Positions 55,857-64,000 of a DNA stretch of 64,000 nt are shown one piece after another; the stretch's first letter is position 1; the number at the start of each line of letters is the position of its first letter. Position numbers and translations under genes: made by a program. The notes beneath the pieces were generated by a model. The model was not told where the DNA came from, did not search any database, and saw only the letters and a list, made by a program, of their open reading frames with translations. The stretch covers positions 31,496,001 to 31,560,000 of the forward strand of contig OX597830.1 in assembly GCA_951406725.2 (NCBI GenBank), read 5' to 3'. The stretch comes from Octopus vulgaris. Taxonomy: Eukaryota.

Positions 55857-56130
55857 GGAGGTGTAATGGTCCAGTGGTTAGGGCAGTGGACTCGCGGTCA
55901 GGGGATCTCAGTTTCGATTCCCAGACCACGTGTTATGTGTGTTTATTGAGTGAAAACACCTAACTCTCCACGAAGCTCTGGCAGGGGATGGTGGCAACCC
56001 CTGTTGTACTCTTTCTTCCTGTTTCTTGGACTGGCATCTCGTCCAGCTTGTGGGGACACATATGCCATAGAAACCGGGAAACCGGGCCCATGAACCTAGC
56101 TATACTTGAAAAGAGCACATAAATAAAAAT
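55857..56130 (+). mobile_element. SINE family C
   Basis: ggaggtgtaatggtccagtggttagggcagtggactcgcgg...gtttcgattccc head. Confidence 0.85.
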
Positions 56131-56526
56131 ATTTATATATATATAAAACGATTCTAATGTAAATATATCTATATATATAACCAAAAATCTAAGCAAAAAT
56201 TTCTGTCAATGTAAAATTGATAGGAAAATTGTGAAATTTTTGGTTTTTATATATTTTGAGAAAACAAAATGCTGTTTTATTGTTAATTTTACACTTATAG
56301 CTCCTTCTCTCACTCTCTGTTGCTTCCATTCACTACAATGACTTCTTTTCCTGCTTCCTGTCACTGTCTTTAAATTAAGATATACATCTTGGTCTATTTT
56401 GCTTACCAGATCTAACAGGTATCCTTTTGAAGGAACAAAGAAAATATCATTGATGCTTGCAGCTTGGAGCAGCCGGGTCTTTTACAAAAGTGTCCGACAC
56501 ATGCCGGTGTAGAAAAACATACGCTA

Positions 56527-56549
56527 AATGATGATGATGATGATGATAC

Positions 56550-56581
<32 letters not shown>

Positions 56582-57070
56582 CTACTGCTGTGGCAGTGGT
56601 GGTGGTGGTGGTGATGAGGGTGATGATGAGGATGATAATGATGATGCTGGTGGTAGTGGTAGTAGTGGTGATGGTAATGGTGGTGGTGGTGGTGATGGTG
56701 TTCATGATGATGATGATGATGCTGTTACTACTACTGGTTGTGGTCGTGGTGGTGGTGGGGGTGGGGGTGGTTAAATTGGTGATGATGACAACGATGATGA
56801 TGAAAATGCTACTGCTGCTGCAGTTACCGTTACTGCTGCTGCTGCTGGTGATGATGATGATGATGATGATGATGATGACGATTCTACTACTGCTGCTGCT
56901 CTTACTACTGTTACAACTACTATTGGTGGAGGTGGTGCTGGTGGTGATGATAGTGGTTGTGGTGGTATTGGTGGTATTGGTGGTAGTAGTAGTGGTGATG
57001 ATGATGATGATGATGATGCTACTGCTGCTGCTGCTGCTGGTGTTGGTGTTGGTGTTGGTGGTGATGATGA
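56527..57070. repeat. Compound (GAT)/(GGT)/(GCT) trinucleotide tract
   Basis: Directly visible. Confidence 0.95.
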
Positions 57071-57315
57071 GCATGCAGGGGAAAATCTTGGTATTTACAC
57101 ACTTTACTGTTTTTTAAAACTCCTCAAATTTTCTTAGAATTGTTTCAATAGTTTCTGAAAGTGTTTAAAGATTTCTTTATACGCTCCAGTGGGGTTGCAT
57201 GGCAAAGAAGTTCCCTTTGCATCTGCTTGGATACGGTAGAAGGGAAATAAGTAAAAACCCCTCATATATAGACACATACATATGTAGAGGTATTGCTCTC
57301 TCTCTCACTCTCCCC

Positions 57316-57373
<58 letters not shown>

Positions 57374-57436
57374 TAGCATATAAGAAGTCCACATGGTGGC
57401 TTCCTCTCTGTGTATATTTTATAAACTATATATCTA

Positions 57437-57509
<73 letters not shown>

Positions 57510-57514
<5 letters not shown>

Positions 57515-58080
57515 TAAAAAAGGAAAATACGCACACTCAAATAGTTTTAATATAATTTTTAATATATCGACCGGTTTCGCTATTGCTATTCATGATATTA
57601 TGTTTTACTTATTTGAATATATATTTTTTCTTCAGAAGAAATTTGGTCCATGTTGTGTGTGATGACATTCACGAGTGAATGACTTCACAGGTAGATAAAC
57701 AAAGGGAGGTAATTGGTTGTTGTTATTGTTATTGTTGTGGGTAAGGGAGATAACTGTTCAACTTTCGGTGATGAGAGGGGAATATATATGTGTACAGAGA
57801 GAGACAAGTTTCAAAAACCTTGTTTAGTGAGGGGATTTATGTAGTGATGTAATTGTGAAATGAAATTTGTAAAAAGATAAAAGTTGGTTATGCGTGCATA
57901 TTAAGACATGTTTTGTATTTTTCAATGTAAAAAGTTTCTTTATTTAAACGTTCTAGTTGAGAAATTGTGTCTTTGCACTAGTATAAAGGGAAGACTGTTA
58001 AATTTGGTTAGATGTTATCTACACATTTTTCTATATGTTCACTGAGAGGAATTTGTCTGTATTGCGGGAAACGGATTTGC
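57510..58080 (-). mobile_element. Penelope-like element 3' part (GIY-YIG C-terminus, 3'UTR/pLTR with hammerhead), ending in (TA)n
   Basis: 58079-57888 translates QIRFPQYRQIPLSEHIEKCVDNI*PNLTVFPLY*CKDTISQLERLNKETFYIEKYKTCLNMHA*, fitting the PLE endonuclease end (H...R..KE..I.K...LN). Confidence 0.8.
57564..57598 (-). ncRNA. Minimal type-I hammerhead with A3-U8 core variant
   Basis: ATATC-ATGAATA-GC AATA GC-GAAA-CCGG-TC-GATAT: 5-bp stem I, 2-bp stem II, palindromic ACCGGT stem III, GUC triplet. Confidence 0.8.
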
Positions 58081-58239
58081 AATCACACACACACACAAAT
58101 AGCAACCAATGCATTGTGGTTCTCTACAGCTGTTTCAGACATGTTTTTTACTGACGAATAGTATTAATAATGCTTCACTATTAAAGGATATGATTTGCTT
58201 GAATCCAGAATTCTTGTAAGTATATATATATTTTTTCTT

Positions 58240-58668
58240 TTATTCCTTTATTTGTTTCAGTAATTTGAATCCGGCCATGCTGGATCACCACCTTTAGTCA
58301 AACAAATCAACCCCAGACTTATTCTTTCTAAACCTAGTACTTATTCTATCAGTCTCTTTTCCTGAACTGCTAAGTTACGGGGATGTAAACACACCATATC
58401 AGTTGTCAAGCATTGGTGGGGCCACAAACACAGACACGCAAACATATACACACACAAACACACACACACACATATATATATATATACATATGACAGGCTT
58501 CTTTCAGTTTCCGTCTACCAAATCCACTCACAAGGCTTTGGTCAACCCGAGGCTATAGAAGAAGACACTTACCCAAGGTGCCACTCAACACAGAACCATG
58601 TGGTTGGTAAGCAAGCTACTTACCACACAGTCACTCCTGCGCCATACCACACAGCCACTCCTGCGCCA
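58240..58668 (-). mobile_element. SINE family A with duplicated 5' end
   Basis: taccacacag(t/c)cactcctgcgcca occurs twice at 58621-58668. Confidence 0.85.
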
Positions 58669-58699
58669 TATATATATATATATATATACATAAAATAAT

Positions 58700-59000
58700 A
58701 AATAAATGCACCCTTTTAAAGCCTAGCCAGGCTCATGGGCCCACTTTCCCAGTTTCTATGGCGTATGTATTCCCCAGCTGGACAGGACGCCAATCCATCA
58801 CATTGGACTCATTTTTTGCCAGCTGAGTAGACTGGAACAACGTGAAATGAAGTGTTTTGCTCAAGAACACAATGTGTCTAGTTGAGAAATTGTGTCTTTG
58901 CACTGGTAGAAAGGGAAGACTGTGAAATTTGGTTTGATTCCAGTCCAGGAATCGAAACCACAATCTTACGATCATGATGCTGACACCCTAACCACTAAGC
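58700..59000 (-). mobile_element. tRNA-head SINE carrying a ~60-bp Penelope-derived insert (58878-58937)
   Basis: CORE-like box plus family-C-type tail. The insert matches 57953-58012. Confidence 0.8.
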
Positions 59001-59052
59001 ACACACAAACACACACACACACATATATATATATATACATATATATATATAT

Positions 59053-59314
59053 GGCTTCCGTGCCACTGGCACGTTAAAAGCTCCTTCCGATCGTGGCCAA
59101 TGCCGGACTCCGCCTGGCACCTGTGCAGGTGGCACGTGAAAGGCACCCACTACACTCGCGGAGTGGTTGGCGTTAGGAAGGGCATCCAGCCGTAGAAACT
59201 CTGCCAGATCAGACTGGAGCCTGGAGCAGCCCCTGGCTTCCCAGACCCCGGTCGAACCGTCCAACCCGTGCTAGCACGGAAAACGGACGTTAAACGATGA
59301 TGATGATGATGATG
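59053..59314 (+). mobile_element. Young-looking family-D (RTE 3'UTR-type) element in (TA)n
   Basis: CpGs retained. Ends ggaaaacggacgttaaacga(tga)n. Confidence 0.85.
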
Positions 59315-59879
59315 ATATATATATATACATATATATATATTATTCCATATTTGGTCATCTTTACCTCCTTTAACTGCACACAAAGCTATATATACTTCAT
59401 TAGATGCACACTGTATGCATGCCGATACATAAAACTCATACAAAGATACACACACACATAAATGCACACACATGTGCACAAGCAGAAACGTTCATTCGTG
59501 CATTCCTGATATCCTCTACATTAAGCCTGAAACCTCTAGTTATAATTTCATGTTAAAAAGAGGAAGAATTTCTTTGTGTATGCACACAAATTCGCATTTG
59601 TATATTCACATATAAATATCTATAAACACATATATTGTGCACTTGAGCACAGATTTTTATATACATACATACATACGTATTTGTGTGTGTGAATGTATAT
59701 ATACGTATATGTATGTATATCTGCATATATCTATTTATATATATGTGTGTGTATATATATATACATACACACACACATATATATATATATATATGTATAT
59801 ATATGTATGTGTTTCATCATTTGATTCATTTCTTACTTGATACATTCGTCCACATATACTCATACACACACAAACATAG

Positions 59880-59910
<31 letters not shown>

Positions 59911-60273
59911 TGTATGTATGTATGTATGTATGTATGTATGTATGTATGCATGTATGTATGTATGTATGTATGTATGTATGTATGTATGTATGTGTGTATG
60001 TGTATGTAAATATATATGTATATATGTGTAAATGTATAAAGAGAGAAATTAAGCAAATATCAATTACAGAAACATATAAATATATATGTATATAAATATA
60101 TGTGTGTGTGTATATATACGAATATATATATATATGCATACATATATATTTATATATATTTGTATGTATATATGTGTGTATACATATATTTGTATATGTG
60201 TGCATATGTGTGTGTGTATTCATGTAGAGGAGTGTCTATGTATATACATATATGTATATATATGTATATACAA

Positions 60274-60306
<33 letters not shown>

Positions 60307-60610
60307 AATTAAATAAAATATGTATATACACATATACACATATGCATACATGCACACACAAGCAAACATACATAGCTACACGCACACACACACACACACA
60401 CTGATCATCTTCTGACCTGCGTAACTGCATAAGATCAATAGTCACGATAGATATTAAAGATAATTCTATGCTCTCATGATTTTTCAGTGACCAATTCCAC
60501 ATTCTCATCATTTCCTTCATTCATCTATTATTATTATCATTAGCATTATTTTTACTCTTATTATCATTATTACAGATACATGCATATATGTGTGAGTGTG
60601 TGAGTGTGTA

Positions 60611-60641
<31 letters not shown>

Positions 60642-60841
60642 CTATATGTATATGTATATCTATCTATCTATATTATCTATGTATCTATCTATGCATGTAT
60701 ATACATGCATACATAAATATATTGATAGTTATTTATATATGTGTATATATATATATATGTATGTATATATATATATGGGTATATATATATATTCATATGT
60801 ATGAATAAATGCACATATATACACATATATGCATATAAATA

Positions 60842-60914
<73 letters not shown>

Positions 60915-61165
60915 CTATGTACATACATAAATATGTAATATGTATGAATGTATATATATATACACAGATACTTATTATATACATACATATATATGTAATA
61001 TGTATGAATATATATATACATATATACACACACATGCATATATATACATACATGCATTTATACATATATCTACATATATACATATATATTATTGTATTTT
61101 TGATTTGTTTTGTCTTTTTCTTCACCTTTTATTTGCTGTTCTTTTTTGTTCCTTGTGATTTCGGT

Positions 61166-61260
61166 AATGATGATGACGGCAACGATGATGATGTTGATGA
61201 TGATGATGATGACGATGATCATTATCACGATGATAAGGATAATGATGATGATGGTGATGG

Positions 61261-61303
<43 letters not shown>

Positions 61304-61539
61304 AAGGATAATGATGATAATCATCTTGATAATAATATTACTAATGGTTACTGATGATGCTGATGCCAATGCTCATGATGGCAATACTTATCATTTTGAT
61401 GTTGATGATGATGATGACAATGGTGGTGATGATGATGATTATGATGATGATGCTGATGACGATGACGACGACGATGATGATGATGATGATGATGATAATG
61501 ATGATAATATTGATGATGTCAGTAACGGTGAGGATGATG

Positions 61540-61600
<61 letters not shown>

Positions 61601-61658
61601 GCGATGATGATGATGATGATGATAATGATGATAATATTGATGATGTCAGTAATAGTGC

Positions 61659-61699
<41 letters not shown>

Positions 61700-61727
61700 G
61701 TGATGGTGATGATGACGATGAAAGATG
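61166..61727. repeat. Degenerate (GAT)n tract with internal block duplication
   Basis: gataatgatgataatattgatgatgtcagtaa recurs at about 61492 and 61621. Confidence 0.9.
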
Positions 61728-61786
61728 AAGGGAGGTGATTGTTGATGATGCAGTAATGCTAAGGCAAGCTAAGTGGTTACTGTGTG

Positions 61787-61856
<70 letters not shown>

Positions 61857-62182
61857 TTTGTATGTGTCTGTGCGTGTGTGTGTGTTGTATGTAAGGCATG
61901 TGTGGAGGGAGCGGGCAGTGTGGTTTAAGAGGGGGTGTATGGAAGGGTTAGAGGGTCAAGCAAGACTGGTCATTAGAACTCCTGCTCCTAATCTGAATCC
62001 TTTTATCATAGAGAAAAACCTCAATTAGAATGCTTCTTAATCCCACCGGTCAAAGCAGGATTACGCACACGCACACACGCGTACATGTATATACATATAT
62101 ATGTACAAAGATATTTACGTTGATATGCATATATATATATATATATATATGTACATACATACATATATATTTATATATATAT

Positions 62183-62223
<41 letters not shown>

Positions 62224-62539
62224 GATATGTGTATGTAGGTATATTACTGTACGCATTTATACAATACACAAGTGTGTCTAAATATATATATACAGAGAGA
62301 GAGAGAGAGAGATACATACACATTTATTAGACTAATGCATATATATCCGTATTCATATATAATTGTAACTGCATATATGAATATATACTCATACCCGCAT
62401 GTGATTATAATACATACACGTAAAAAAACCTGTACATATATGCATCACATACACATGTATACATATATGTATGTATATATATATATATATGCATATCTAT
62501 ATTGATATTTATCTATCTAGCAATCTATCTATGTATATG

Positions 62540-62590
<51 letters not shown>

Positions 62591-63363
62591 TAGGTTTGGA
62601 GATGATGTATGTTTGTATGTATGTATATGTACATATATGCATATGTATATATATGTGTGTGTATATATATAAGTATTTGTTTAAGTATATATATATATAT
62701 ATATATATATATGCATAAGTAGATGTGTGGTTGTAGGTCTGGGTGTGTTCACAGAGGGTCATTGATGTTGGTTAATAGTCGGTGTATGCGATGGAGGTCT
62801 ATTAGCCAAAATTAGCCATAATTTCACTAACATTGGTCATCTTCCCTTTCGGTAAATGTCTTTCTTTTTCGACTCTTCATTCTATCATTTCTATGCGGTC
62901 AGGCAAAATAGATTTACTGTGCTTTGCAGTCTCTTCCACCACCACCACCACTGCCACCTTCACCACCACCACCACCACCATCACCACCACCACCATCATC
63001 GCTCTCATTTTGTTTGTGCATCTCTTTTTAATCTTTCTTTCCTCATCCCTGTTTCTTGCAACATATATGTATGTATAGATGTATTTACGCATATATGTAT
63101 GTATATATGTATGTATGTATATGTGTGTATGTATGTATAGATATATATATATATACATACACATGCATGCACATATATATAATACATATATATGTGTATA
63201 TGTGTGTATGTATGCGTGCATATTTTGCATTCGTTTTAGCCAAGCTGGCCTGGGTTGGCTGGGACCACTATTTTCTTAACTCAGCATCATGCAGTCCTCT
63301 GGCTTGCCAGTGCTTGTGAAACCATCCAACCCATACCAGTATGGTAAAACAAACGTTGAAGGC

Positions 63364-63430
<67 letters not shown>

Positions 63431-63455
63431 GATGGGGATGATGATGATGGTGATA

Positions 63456-63495
<40 letters not shown>

Positions 63496-63604
63496 GGAGG
63501 AGGAGGAGGAGGAGGAGGAGGATGGTAAAGGTATAAACACGCGTTGCTTTTTTGTTTCTCTTGCTGTTTAGCAGTCTGTGAATCTCTATCAAACTATCTG
63601 TCTA

Positions 63605-63635
<31 letters not shown>

Positions 63636-63762
63636 CTCTGTCTGTGTCTCTCTGTCTCTCTTTCTGTTTATCTTGCTATCTCTCTATCTCTATCTCTCTC
63701 TTTGTCTCACTCACTCTCTTTCTCTTTGTCTTGTTCTCTCTCCCACTCTCTCTCTTTCTTGT

Positions 63763-63801
<39 letters not shown>

Positions 63802-64000
63802 GTCTGTCTGTCTATCTATCTATCTATTTATCTATCTATACATCTAGCAATTGCTCTATCTAACGATTTATTTAATTAGACATGAATCTGTGTATGTATT
63901 TATACATCTATGTATGTATGCATGTATGTATGTAGGTACATCTGCATGTATCTACATACCTGTCTTTTTATCTATTTCTACCTATGAATCTAATCTATTT

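Noticed and set aside
58120-58145. Half hammerhead GAAACAGCTGTA on the minus strand
   Set aside because: The CUGANGA half is missing. Probably a PLE relic, but not callable as a ribozyme.

Overview
Eukaryotic, non-coding, repeat-dominated window. The extreme (TA)n/(GATA)n/(AAT)n/(GAT)n microsatellite load and the SINE families point to an Octopus genome (inference from recognition, not from a search). Almost all ORFs in the supplied track are microsatellite artefacts. The only real protein-like remnants are transposon fragments: RTE, CR1, R4/Dong, Tx1 and two Penelope-like GIY-YIG pieces. One well-formed minus-strand exon (944-1054) may carry a start codon, so much of the window could be 5' intron or upstream DNA of a gene that runs off the left edge. 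Four signals stand out. (1) Six minimal hammerhead-ribozyme folds of four sequence types, all in (TA)n-embedded Penelope-like inserts, several with non-canonical cores (A3-U8 covariation, U4C). (2) A ~420-bp spacerless palindrome built from two such ribozyme-bearing arms. (3) A SINE whose 3' tail matches the tail of a Tx1 LINE in the same window, which also multimerises at a fixed junction and swaps tails. (4) Apparent partitioning of microsatellite types among retroelement families. All coordinates and alignments were read by eye; no search or folding program was run.
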